A stretch of DNA of 64,000 nt, taken from Torpedo marmorata (taxonomy: Eukaryota). The position numbers and the translations under genes were made by a program. Positions within the stretch are counted from its first letter, which is position 1, and the number at the start of each line of letters is the position of its first letter. The notes beneath the pieces are model-generated. The model was not told where the DNA came from and searched no databases. It saw only the letters and a list, made by a program, of their open reading frames with translations. Positions 13,326-24,800 of the stretch are shown here, one piece after another. Where the stretch lies: the NCBI GenBank assembly GCA_977017645.1, contig OZ360236.1, forward strand, positions 50,778,001 to 50,842,000. Direction: 5' to 3'.

Positions 13326-13791
13326 TGACACTGAGCAGCATTTAAAAAGTATTTGCTGCACAATGAATTTCAAGGCCTAGAACTCCAACATTCATACTAA
13401 ATTCCTCTTTCAATAACAGAGTTAAATAAAGGTAGATTTAAAGCAGAAACAGAAGTTTGAAAATAAACAGCACAGGAAACTATTTTGTGAAGTACTCTCT
13501 TTTGAGTCTCAAATGCTTTTCTGCTTTTGTTTGCATGAGATTCTTTTAAAGATATTATCTCTTCACTTAAGTGTAAGCTCTGAAGATAAATGAAAGCAAG
13601 CTAGTCAACTGTTGCAGCATCACTATTAACCCTCATTGTCTCACCTGGCTTCTGCATTGACATTCTTCCAGGAAAGGATGGTGAATAGTAACCAGGTAAC
13701 CAGGAGCCAGCTCTGCCATTCCTGATGCAAAGGCACTCAAGTCACATGTGTTATTCGTGATACTGCCGATGCGAGAAGGCTCACGAGGGGG

Positions 13792-14407
13792 TAAATCACG
13801 AAAATCTGTAGACACCGTGGTTGAAGTAAAAAACACAAATGCTGGAGAAGCTCAGCAGGTCAAACAGTGTCTTTTATGTAGCAAAGGTAGAAATACATAA
13901 CCGACGTTTCGGGCTTGAGCCCTTCATCAAAGTATGAGAAAATGCCGGCAGGCGTCCGAACAAAAGAGTGAGGGGGGGAAGGGGGGGGTGGCAAAGGCAG
14001 GAGATGATAGGTGAAGAAAGGAGGGAGGGGACAGCAGCAAAGAGGGGGAGGAGACATGGCTGGGTGGGTGGGGAAAAAAACTGGAAGGACAGGTGAGGGG
14101 GGAGGGGAAGGAAAAGACAAGCAGGTTTAGTGGAATGCAGAAAGGTCAATGTTAATGCCATCTGGCTCGAGAGTGCCCAGACGGAAAATGAGATGTTGTT
14201 CCTCCAATTTGCGGGTAGACTGGGTGGGATAGTACATAAGGCCATGGACAGACATGTGAGTGTGGGAGTGTGACTCGGAATTGAAATGATTGGCTACTGG
14301 GAGGTCGCTGTTGTTGCGGACGGAGAGGAGGTGCTCAGTGAAGCGATCTCCCAATCTACGACCGGTCTCTCCGATGTAGAGAATACCACAAAGGGAGCAC
14401 CGGATGC
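13792..14407 (-). mobile_element. Penelope-like 3' fragment (GIY-YIG endonuclease plus terminal repeat)
   Basis: RCSLCGILYIGETGRRLGDRFTEH...RKLEEQHLIFRLGTLEPDGIN; TSD ggctca(c/t)gaggggg at 13778-13791 and 14408-14421. Confidence 0.92.
13896..13936 (-). ncRNA. Minimal type-I hammerhead ribozyme motif (Penelope family 2)
   Basis: catact-TTGATGA-aGGGCtcaaGCCC-GAAAC-GTC-ggttatg: core boxes, stem II and helix I pairing. Confidence 0.7.
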
Positions 14408-14680
14408 GGCTCATGAGGGGGCTTGGTTGTTTGCAGCTTCCTGATCGTATTGGAGGTTTGAAACCAGGAGCTCAGGTTCACCACTGGAGCAGACTGGAAG
14501 CTGTGTCGCTGCAAAGGTTACAGAAGTGCAGGAGGTGAATCCACAGAAACTCCGTGTCTCTGAAGGGACTCTCTTTCTCTCATTGGTGGAGGAGCCAGCT
14601 GAGTGCCTCTTTATGTGCCTAGACCAAATTTATGCATTTAGATACATAATATTAAATGAATCTTGAATCTTGATTGAATC
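14408..14680 (+). mobile_element. Old copy of the CpG-rich non-autonomous family (split by Penelope; 5' part near 13769-13791)
   Basis: Similar to reverse complement of 56109-56430; (ATCTTGA)n tail. Confidence 0.65.
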
Positions 14681-15227
14681 TCTTTCTCCAGACGTTAACA
14701 GCTCTTTTCATGGGTTGTGTTGTGTTGCTCAGTCATTAACTGGATGAATTTGCTGGGATACCATGGAAGCCTACAGTGCTTATTTACCTTGCTTTAGCAG
14801 TGGAAATGCCAGTCAGCTACTTAAATTGACGCTACATGTGTAATCAGATCCTGACTTTGATAAGCAAAGGTAAACTGAGACCTTCCCTCTGAGCAAATTC
14901 CATCTCTGTCATTAGCCTCCTCAATTGAAAGCATTTGTTCTGCTCATATACATCAGAAACACAAATTCCAATTGCTAGTTTTGAGTTGCAAATTAATTTG
15001 AATTAAACTATTACAAAAAGAGATCATGGAAAGAATCTTCTGAGATGGAAGAATAGGTTTTCAGTTAAATTTGACACAAAATTACAAACTAACTGGAAAA
15101 TGGTTTTTGAATGAACGATCTAAATTGCAAAGAGGCAGTAAACTGCAGAAACACATCATATTTTGCAGCAAACATGAATTTTAACTTTTTTTTCCCAGTT
15201 GCAGTCAAAAAAAACCTTTGAAAAATT

Positions 15228-15407
15228 CGAGAATGCTGGAGGAACTCAGCAAGTCTTGCAGCATTCATAGGAAGTAAAAATATATAACCAATGCTTTGGG
15301 CCTGAGCCCTTCTTCAAGATATGGACACTGCGACACCAGCTGAGTTCCTCCAGCATTCTTGTATTTTTACCACAATCACAGCGTCTGCTGACTTTCGTGT
15401 TTCACTT
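15228..15407. mobile_element. Palindromic mini-Penelope (two terminal-repeat ends in inverted orientation)
   Basis: gaatgctggaggaactcagc ... gctgagttcctccagcattc inverted arms with a hammerhead remnant between. Confidence 0.7.
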
Positions 15408-15644
15408 AAAAAATTTAGACAATACCCAGTCAATAAAGAAAATCACCCCATTGTTCCTGGACAAAGTAACAACAGGATTTATGGTTTCTCTTTTGTAACG
15501 ATCAATGTGTCATCATAGCCTGGGTAAACATTCCAAAATAGTCCCAAGGAAATGCCAATAGTCCCACGAATATTGGAGGTACCATCCTTTCAGCGAGGCT
15601 CTTACCTTTCATATCAACTGGAAAGATCTTGTGACATTTTTTAA

Positions 15645-16040
15645 CCCTTTGGACGCCGTGTCCCTGCTTTCAGGGACTATCAACAAATGCATATAATCCG
15701 TGTCCCAGTTTTCAGGGACTGCCAACAAAAGACGTCGGTTATGTATTTCTACCTTTGCTACATAAAAGACACTGTTTGACCTGCTGAGTTTCTCCAGCAT
15801 TTGTGTTTTTTACTTCAACCACGGTGTCTACAGATTTTCGTGTTTTACAAATGAATATACTCCGTGTCCCAGTTTTCAGGGACTACCAACAAGTAAATAT
15901 ACTCCATGTCCCCGTTTTCCAGGATTGGTTTTATACCCAACCACCAACTGGTTCGTACTGGTGTTCGTACTGTAGTTTACCCATGGACCCAGTCCGGAGT
16001 ATATATTATGAAAGGTTAAAAATGGCCGGAGTCCAAAGGG
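15645..16040. mobile_element. piggyBac-like MITE, copy 2, with nested Penelope tail (~15731-15846)
   Basis: TTAA at 15641-15644 and 16041-16044; CCCTTTGGAC inverted repeats; reverse-oriented homolog of 1613-1802 with extra ~36-bp internal repeats. Confidence 0.85.
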
Positions 16041-17862
16041 TTAAAGAACAGCTGGTTCACGTGGATCTTTCCTCATGGTTAGCACTGCCAGTCCTCTCAG
16101 GTCACCCTGGAATTAAACTTTAATGTCCTAGTCACTACTATGGTAAGAGAGAAACACGATAGGCTGCAGACGCTGTGATTGTAGTAAAAACACCGAAATG
16201 CTGGAGGAACTCAGCCGGTCTTTTCAGCATCTATAGGAGACAAAGATATATTGCCGACGTTTCGGGCCTGAGCCCTTCTTCAAGGAAAAATCAGAAAGGG
16301 CAGAAGCAGGATATGTCAGAAAGTCTCAGAATTCAAACAATGGGGGAGGAATCCAGACCAACAAAAGGTGTTAATTGGATGTGATAAGGGAGGAGGTAGA
16401 ATTTATTATATCTTTGCGAAAGGAGACAGGGAATGGAGAGATGATGGGGGGGGGGGGAGAAGCAGGGGGTGGGGTTTAACGAAAGCCAGAGAAGTTGATA
16501 TTAATGCCACCCGGTCGGAGGGTGCCCAGTTGGAAGATGAGGTGTTGTTCCTCCAATTTACGGGTGGTCTCAGTCTGGCAGTACATGAGGCCATGGACAG
16601 ACATGTCTGCAAGGGAATGGGATGGAGAATTGAAATGGGTGGCCACTGGGAGATCCACGCTATTGCGGTGGACAGAGCCGAGGTGCTCAACAAAGCGATC
16701 TCCCAGTCTGAGTCCAGTCTCTCCGATGTAGAGGAGACCACAGCGGGAGCACCGGATGCAGTAGACCTCGTTCTGGTCTTCAACCTGCTGTGGACCTTTA
16801 TATTTCCAACTGCCGCTGTGACATCAACCGTATCGACTTCACTACTCCCCTCACTCATTCCAATCTCACCCCCTCGGAACGCCTGGCCCTCCACTCTCTC
16901 CGCACCAATCCGAACCTCACCATCAAACCTGCAAACAAGGGTGGCACTGTTGTGGTCTGGCGCACTATCTGGCCGAAGCCAGACGACAACTCTCAGACAC
17001 CTCCTCTTATTTACCCCTCCAACAGGACCCCACCAAAACTCAAACCACTGTATCGCGCACCATCTCTGAACTCATCACTTCTGGTCACCTCCCTGGCACG
17101 GCCTCCAACCTGATTATTTCCCAACGCCCACCGCCCGTTTCTACCTCCTACCCAAGATCCACAAACCCAGTTTTCCCAGCAGACCCATCGTGTCCACGTG
17201 CTCCTGCCCCACCAAATTGGTCTCTGCTTACCTCAACTCTGTTTTGTCCCCCCTGGTTCAGTCCCACCTCACCTACATCTGGGACACTTCACATGCCCTC
17301 CATCACTTCAACAACTTTCCAGTTCCCTGAACTCGATTGCCTCATATTTACCATGGATATCCAATCCCTATACTACTCCATTCCCCATACTGAAGGCCTC
17401 AAAGCCCTTCGTTTCTTTCTGGAAAATAGAACCTACCAGTCCCCCTCCACCACCACCATCCTCCGGCTGGCAGAACTTGTCCTCACCCTCAATAATTTCT
17501 CCTTTGACTCATCGCACTTTCTCCAGGTTAAAGGGGTAGTCATGGGTACCTGCATGGGCCCCAGCTATGCCTGCCTTTTTGTTGGCTACGTGGAGCAATC
17601 CATGCTACAAGCCTACACAGGCAAGGCCCCTCAACCTTTCCTCCGCTACATCGATGATTACTTTGGTGCTGCCTCATGTACCCATGCTGAGCTCGTTGAC
17701 TTCATCCACTTTGCTGCCAACTTCCACCCCGACCTCAAATTCACTTGGTCCATCTCTAGCATCTCTAACACTCTCCCTTTCCTCAATCTCTCTGTCTCCA
17801 TCTCAGGAGACAAACTCTCGACAGACATCTTCTATAAACCCAACAACTCCCACAGATACCTC

Positions 17863-17944
17863 TTTTTTGAATATTTTATTTAATTTTTTTGATACATGTA
17901 ATAATCCCCAATCCCCTCTCCCCCTTCCCCCCAAACCCACCCCC
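17863..17944 (-). mobile_element. Extremely truncated L1-type 3' tail inside the Penelope RT
   Basis: G-tract, AATAAA and polyA on minus strand; 16-bp TSD ctcccacagatacctc at 17847-17862 and 17945-17960. Confidence 0.8.
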
Positions 17945-18917
17945 CTCCCACAGATACCTCGACTATACTTCTTCCCACCCTGTAAGGATTCCATTCCATT
18001 CCCTCAATTCCTCCGTCCCCGTCGCATCTGCACCCAGGATGAGATCTTCCATGCCAGATCATCAGAGATGTCCTCCTTCTTCAAACAATGTGGCTTTCCC
18101 TCTACCACCATCAATTCGGCACTCACCCGCATATCCTCCATTACCCGCACATCTGCCCTAGCCCCCTCCGCCCCCACGCGCAACAAGGATAGGATTCCTC
18201 TTGTCCTCACCTACCATCCCACCAGCCTCCGCATCCAACATATCCTCCTCCACCATTTCCGCCACCTACTACGTGATCTCACCACTAGACACATATTCCC
18301 CTCTCCGCCTTCCACAGGGACTGCTCCCTCCGTGACTCCCTTGTCCACTTCTCCCTCCCCACTAATTGACCTACCCCTGTGACCGCAGTAGATTCTCCAC
18401 TTGTGCCCACACCTCCTCCCTCACCACCATTCGGGGCCCCAAACAGTCCTTCCAAGTGAAGCAACATTTCACTTGTGAATCTGCAGGGGTCATCTACTGC
18501 ACCTGGTGCTCCATCGGAGAGACTGGACGCAGACTGGGAGATCGCTTTGTTGAGCACCTTGGCTCTGTCCACCGCAATAGCGTGGATCTCCCAGTGGTCA
18601 CCCATTTCAATTCTCCATCCCATTCCCTTGCCGACATGTCTGTCCATGGTCTCATGTACTGCCAGACTGAGACCACCCGTAAATTGGAGGAACAACACCT
18701 CATCTTCCGACTGGGCACCCTCCGACCGGATGACATTAATATTGACTTCTCTGGCTTTCGTTAAAACCGCTCCCCCCCCACCCCCTTGCTTCCCCCATCG
18801 TCTCTCCATTCCCTGTCTCCTTTCGCACAGACCTGATAAATTCTACCTACTCTCTTCCAATTAAAACCTTTTGTTGGTCTGGATTCCTCCCCCATTGTTT
18901 GAATTCTGAGACTTTCT

Positions 18918-18990
18918 GATATATCCTGCTTCTGCCCTTTCTGATTTTCCCTTGAAGAAGGGCTCAGGCCTGAAACGTCGGCAATATATC
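18918..18990 (+). ncRNA. Minimal hammerhead ribozyme motif (Penelope family 1)
   Basis: gatatat...cc-TTGAAGA-aGGGCtcagGCCT-GAAAC-GTC-ggcaatatatc; equivalent copies at 16254-16285 (-) and 21396-21427 (+). Confidence 0.7.
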
Positions 18991-19237
18991 TTTGTCTACT
19001 ATAGATGCTGAAAAGACTAGCTGAGTTCCTCCAGCATTTCGGTGTTTTCACTACTATGGTAACCTGGGAAAAACATAATTTGGACATTAAGTTTTAATTC
19101 ATTTAACAATTAAATAAAACACTTCTGTTTAATTGTTAAGGGAATATTGGAGAGAGATTTCTGACAGTTGAGAATCCTTCATCCGTGTTACAGAGAGTCT
19201 CAACTACATCAGAGAGATTGGGTGCAGACTGGGAGAT

Positions 19238-20511
19238 TTATTGTCATGACCAAGTCATGAAATTCGGTGTTTTGCGGCAGCATCATAGTGCAAGCATTCA
19301 TATTATAACCATCTTACGACATTACTATAAAAATATATATATAATAGTGCACGAAAAGTAAGGCAGTGTCTTTGGTTCATTGATTATTCAGGAATCTGAT
19401 GGCAGCGCGGAAGAAGCTGTCCTTGTGCCGTTGAGTGCTCGTCTTTAGGCTCCTGTACCTTTTTCCTAATGGTAGCAGAGGGAAGAGGGCATGGCCTGGG
19501 TGGTGGGGGTCTTTGAGGATAGAGGCTGCTTTTTTAAGACATCGCCTCGTGTAGATGTCCTCGATGGAGTGAAGTCTGGTGCCTGTGATGTCACAGGCCA
19601 AGTTAACAACCCTCTGGAGTTTATTCTTCAAGATTCAAGATTCAAGATTCAATTTATTGTCATAGTAATAAGACAGTGTCATATTCCATGAAATTTCTTT
19701 TTGCCTGCTGCAAGGCAGACAGATTCGCCACCGGCAGAAATTGCCTAAGCGCCTCTAACATTCCTTACAGTCAGAGAAAGAGAAGCAAAAGAGAGTCCCC
19801 CCAGAGTCACCGAGTGTCCGTAGATTCGCTTCCAGCACTTCCGCAGCCACACAGAGTCCAGTCCAAACGATCGGCATCCCGAGCTCCAGATCCGAACCTC
19901 CAACACGGTCAGGTCGCCCTCGGCACCCCCTCGCATCCCGGTTCCGATACCTGGTACTCCTCCAGCCAGTTCAAGCCAGCCTCCAGCAGTCCGCAGCCCG
20001 GCGTGAGTCCCCCGACAGCAGTCTCCAGCAGCCCACAGCCTCCGCGGGTTCCTCGCCTCGAGTCGTCAGCAGCCCGCCGCATGCACTGGTCCTTCAGCGT
20101 CAGAGCCCCTCACCGGTCCGCCGCTGTGGTTACCGTCCCATGGGTCTTCTCCTCCGCTTCTCCTTCTCAGACGGGGGGTGATCTTCCCATCCTCTGGTGC
20201 CCTGCTCCAGTCTCCCGCTTCCCCGGTGGCTGCTGCCGGTTAAAAGGCGCTGCCATCTTGGGCGCATACCCCGCAGTCGCGGGATCTCAAATAAAAACCA
20301 CCGTCGGCTCCTTTACCGGGCCGTTCAAAGCCCGTGCGGAACCGACGGCAGTTGACTGGGCGGCTGGACCCCGCGGGAGTGCTGTGTCTCCGCTCCCTTG
20401 TTCCCCGCGGGTCTGCACCAGCGGCAGCGCTGCTATTACAGCGGCTCCGGCAGCACTGCCATTACTCACGCCATTACTCACGTCCTGAGAGTTGGCGCCT
20501 CCATACCAGGC
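19238..20511 (-). mobile_element. Rex1 3' fragment (19238-19628 and 20482-20511) inserted in a Penelope remnant
   Basis: KLQRVVN.ACDITG...LPLGKRYR; sequence resumes as gtcctgagagttggcg after the nested element. Confidence 0.85.
19629..20481 (-). mobile_element. CpG-rich ~850-bp non-autonomous retroelement, young copy
   Basis: Highly similar to 56109-56949 and 63339-64000; tgacaataaa + (ATCTTGA)n tail; interrupts Rex1. Confidence 0.85.
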
Positions 20512-21498
20512 GTGGATCTCCCAGTGGGGACCCATTTCACTTTCCCATCCTATTCCCTTGCTGACATGTCTGTCCATGGTCTTATGCACTGCTAAACTGA
20601 GACCACCCGCAAATTGGAGGAACAACACCTCATCTTCCGTCTGGGCACCCTCCAACCAGATGGCATTAACATTGACTTCTTCAGTTTCCATTAAACCACC
20701 CCCACCCCTTCTTCTTCCCCTGTTGCCTTTCCCCCAGCTCTGTCTGTTTCTCTCTCGCAACCCAGAAAAGGAATCTCAGTTTTGTATGTGATGTCATGTC
20801 TGTACTCTGACAATAAATCTGAATCTGAATCTGACTCTTCTCTTTTCCCTCCATCTCTTTTCACGGAGCCAAAATCAATTCTCACCTCTCCTCTTATCAT
20901 ATCCAATTAACACCTTTTGTTGGTCTGGATTCCTCCCTGGCCAGTCCTCAGTCTTTATTGTTACACCTTCCTGTTCTTTGCTTATTCCTTATAGAAGGGC
21001 TCAGGCCCGAAAAGTCGGTAATATATTGGGGTAACGGGGTATTGAGAGAACAAATGTAACAATGTAACAATGTACATTGATGAGAATGTGTCGATATGAC
21101 TGACATTATGAGTGTAAAAAGACTTGAACTCTTTTCCTGTTTGTAATTTTAAAAAAAATTCTAGACAAGGTATGTCTAATGACACATTGGAGGATCAACA
21201 CCTCATCTTCCGACTGGGCAGCCTCCAACCGGATGGCATTAATATTGACTTCTCTGGCTATCGTTAAAACCCCTACCCCACCCCCTTGCTTCCCCCGTTG
21301 TCTCTCCATTCCCTCTCTCCTTTCGCATAGACATGATAAATTCTACCTAGTCCCTTATCACATCCAATTAACATCTTTTGTTGGTCTGAATTTTTCCTTG
21401 AAGAAGGGCTCAGGCCCGAAACGTCGGCAATATATCTTTGTCTCCTATAGATGCTGAATAGACCGGCTGAGTTCCTCCAGCATTTCGGTGTTTTTACT
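20509..21498 (+). mobile_element. Penelope GIY-YIG/terminal-repeat remnants in partial tandem (20509-21030; 21186-21498)
   Basis: DLPV.THF..DMSVHGLM..KLEEQHLIF; hammerhead motifs near 20988 and 21396; small Rex1-type tail insert ~20760-20833. Confidence 0.8.
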
Positions 21499-21785
21499 GA
21501 AGGCTTCCTGATTGTGTCAGAAGTTTGGATATGGAGCTCGGGTTGCAGATGAATCGAACAGGAGTCTATGAAGCTGCAGAGTCTGTGGGAGCACTGGAGG
21601 CGAATCCACAGACAGTGAGTCTGAAGCGACTCTCTTTTGCTTCTCTTTCTCTCGTACTGTAAGGGGTGGCGGCCAATACTAATGGCGACTCTTTGTCTGC
21701 TTTACCGTTGGCAAAAGTTAAACTATATCATGTATGTTACATTTTTAATGTATTGTTACGTAACAATAAAAGGAACCTTGGAACT
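21498..21785 (+). mobile_element. Old relative of the CpG-rich family (3' part)
   Basis: gactctcttttgcttctctttctct...tgtctgc...tcatgtatgttacatt...acaataaaaggaaccttg. Confidence 0.65.
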
Positions 21786-21852
21786 GGTTTGCACAGAATT
21801 ATTGAAGTCAGAAAAAAATCCTTCATCTCTGATGCAACTGCTCCTTAAAGAG

Positions 21853-24800
21853 TAAAAACACAAAATGCTGGAGAAACTCAGCAGGTCAAACAGTGTCCTT
21901 CATGTAGCAAAGGTAGAAATACATAACCGACGTTACAGGCTTGAGCCCTTCATCAAAGTATGAGAAAATGCCAGCAGGCGTCCAAACAAAAGAGTGAGGG
22001 GGGGAAGGGGGGTGGCAAAGGCAGGAGATGATAGGTGGAGAAAGGAGGGAGGGGACAGCAGAAATGAGGGGGAGGAGGGATGGCTGGGTGGGTGGAAGAA
22101 CAGGAAGGACAGGGAAGGGGGGAAGGGAAAGAAAAGGTGAGCAGGTTTAGTGGAAAGCAGAAAAATCAATGTCAATGCCATCTGGCTGGAAAGTGCCCAG
22201 ACGCAAAATAAGATGTTGTTCCTCCAATTTGCAGGTGGTCTGGGTGGGATAGTACATAAGGCCATGGACAGACATGTGAGTGTGGGAGTGTGACTCGGAA
22301 TTGAAATGGTTGGCTACTGGGAGGTCGCTGTTGTTGTGGACGGAGAGGAGGTGCTCAGCGAAGCGATCTCCCAATCTACGACCGGTCTTTCCGATGTAGA
22401 GAATGCCACAAAGGGAGCACCGGATGCAGTAAATAAGTTCTCTGGATGTACAAGTGAAGTGTAGTTTCACTTGGAAGGCCTGTTTGGGGCCCCGGACCAT
22501 GGTGAGGGAGGAGGTGTGGGCACAGGTGTTGCACCTCCTGCGGGCACAGGGGAAGGTACTGGGGGGGAGATTGGTGGGGAGGGATGAGTGTACGAGGGAG
22601 TCTCTGAGGGAACGGTCCGTACGGAAGGCAGAGAGGGGAGGAGAAGGGAAGAGGTGTCTGGTAGTGGGATCCTGTAGTGCCGGAAATTCCGGCGGATAAT
22701 GTGTTGGATGCGGATGCTGGTGGGGTGGGAGGTGAGGATGAGGGGGATTCTATGTTTGTTGCTTCTGGGGGCAGAGGGGGACAGGGCAGATGAGTGGGAA
22801 ATGGAGGAGATGTGGGTGAGGGCTGAGTTGATAGTGGTGGAGGGGAAGCCACGTTTGTGGAAGAAGGCAGACATTTCGGAAGATCTGGACTGGAAGACCT
22901 CATCTTGCGAACAAATGCGGCGGAGATGGAGAAATTGAGAGAAGGGGATGGAATCCTTGCAGGGGACAGGGTGTGAGGATGTGTAGTCAAGGTAGTTGTG
23001 GGAGTTAGAGGGTTTGTAGTATATTTCGTTGGAAAGCTTGTATCCCGAGATGGAGACAGAGAGATCCAGGAAGGGGAGACTGTTATCGGAGATGGACCAG
23101 GTGAGTTTGAGATCAGGGTGGAAGTTGGCCGCGAAGTGGATGAAGTTGACAAGCTCATCGCGGGTGCATGAGGCAGCCCTGATGTAGTCGTCGATATACC
23201 GGAGGAAGAGTTGAGGGTTCTTCCCTGTGTAGGCTTGCAGCATGGATTGCTCCACAAAGCCTACAAACAGGCAGGCATAGCTGGGACCCATGCGGGTACC
23301 CATGGCTACTCCTTTGATTTGGAGGAAGTGGGATGAGTTAAAGGAGAAGTTATTTATTGTGAGGACAAGTTCTGCCAGGCGGAGGAGGGTGGTGGTAGAG
23401 GGTGCCTGGTTGGGTCTTTGGTCCAGGAAGAAGCTAAGTGCTTTGAGACCTTCTGTGTGGGAGATAGAGATATAAAGGGATTGGATGTCCATCGTGAAGA
23501 TGAGGCGGTCCGGTTCGGGGAATCTGAAGTCATTGAGGAGATGGAGGGCATGTGAGGTGTCACGGATGTAGGTGGGGAGGGATTGGACCAGGGGAGAAAA
23601 GATAGAGTCAAAGTAAGATGAAACTTGTTCGGTGGGGCAGGAGCAGGCAGAAACAATGGGTCTGCCCGGATGGTTGGGTTGTGTATCTTGGGTAGAAGGT
23701 AGAAACAGGCAGTTCTGGGGTGCGAGAGAATGAGGTTGGTGGCCGTGGAGGGGAGGTGACCAGAGGTGATGAGGTTGGAGATGGTGTTGGAGACAGTGGC
23801 TTGATGTGCAGTGGTGGGGTCCTGTGGGAGGGGTCGATAGGAGGAGGTGTCTGAGAGCTGTCGACTGGCCTCGGCAAGGTAGAGGTCAGTGCGCCAGACC
23901 ACCACCGCACCACCCTTGTCTGCGGGTTTGATGGTGAGGTTGGGATTGTTGCGGAGAGAGTGGAGGGCAGAGCATTCTGAGGAGGTTTACTCGGAATTGA
24001 AATGGTTGTTGCGGATGGAGATGAGGTGCTCAGTGAAGCGATCTCCCAATCTAGACCGATCTCTCCGATGTAGAGAATGCCACAAAGGGAGCACCGGATG
24101 CAGTAAATAAATTCTCTGGATGTACAAGTGAAGTGTTGCTTCACTTGAAAGGCCTGTTTGGGGCCCTGGACTGTGGTGAGGGAGGACGTGTGGGCGCAAG
24201 TGTTGCACCTCCTGCGGGCACAGGGGAAGGTGCCGGGGGTGCGATGGGTGGGGATGGATGTTTACTCAGAATTGAAATGGTTGGCTACTGGGAGATTGCT
24301 GTTCTCAAGCTCAAAACGTCGGTTTTGAAGAGCTCAAGCCCGAAACGTCGGTTATGTAAGGACTCAAGCCCGAAACGTCAGTTATTTATCTTTACCTTTG
24401 CTCTTTGCCAGCTTGGGACCACCCTGCTTCACTCCAGGCCTAGAACCGTGGAAGGGCGCTGGAGAAATTGTTGATGGCGGCGGTGCGAGTAACTCTCAGC
24501 GGCTCCTCTGGGCTTGTGCATGTTTTATGTTAAGTTGAGAGCCGTGCACAGTCAGCGACCGGTAGGATCGGATCAATGAAGCGTCGAGGAACACCTTGAA
24601 CACAACAATAGCATCGTGTGAGGTCCCAGGGCACTGTTTGACGGACTGGACTGATACTGCAGTAGTAGGCCTTCACTCCTCGGGGTCGAGTGGCGATGGC
24701 AGCCGAGGTGAGGATGCGATGCGAAGGCAGCTGAGGACGGTTCGGAGGATGGTGGCAGTGGAGCTCGGAGGACGGGGTTGAGACCTCTTCCACGCAAGTA

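Larger units (their letters stand above)
16147..19047 (+). mobile_element. Penelope-like element (RT + GIY-YIG, frameshifted) with ~620-bp inverted 5' arm
   Basis: RT motifs MDIQSLY, GVVMGTCMGPSYA, RYIDD; GIY-YIG at 18366-18764; 16147-16765 is an inverted copy of the 3' end; TSD tcactactatggtaa at 16132-16146 and 19048-19062. Confidence 0.93.

Noticed and set aside
19676-20488. 270-aa ORF (and the 276-aa ORF at 56198-57028) as novel proteins
   Set aside because: They lie in GC-rich repeat copies in opposite element orientations; frames are not preserved between copies; low-complexity composition
24304-24390. CRISPR-like array
   Set aside because: Eukaryotic context, no unique spacers, no cas genes; units derive from the Penelope terminal repeat
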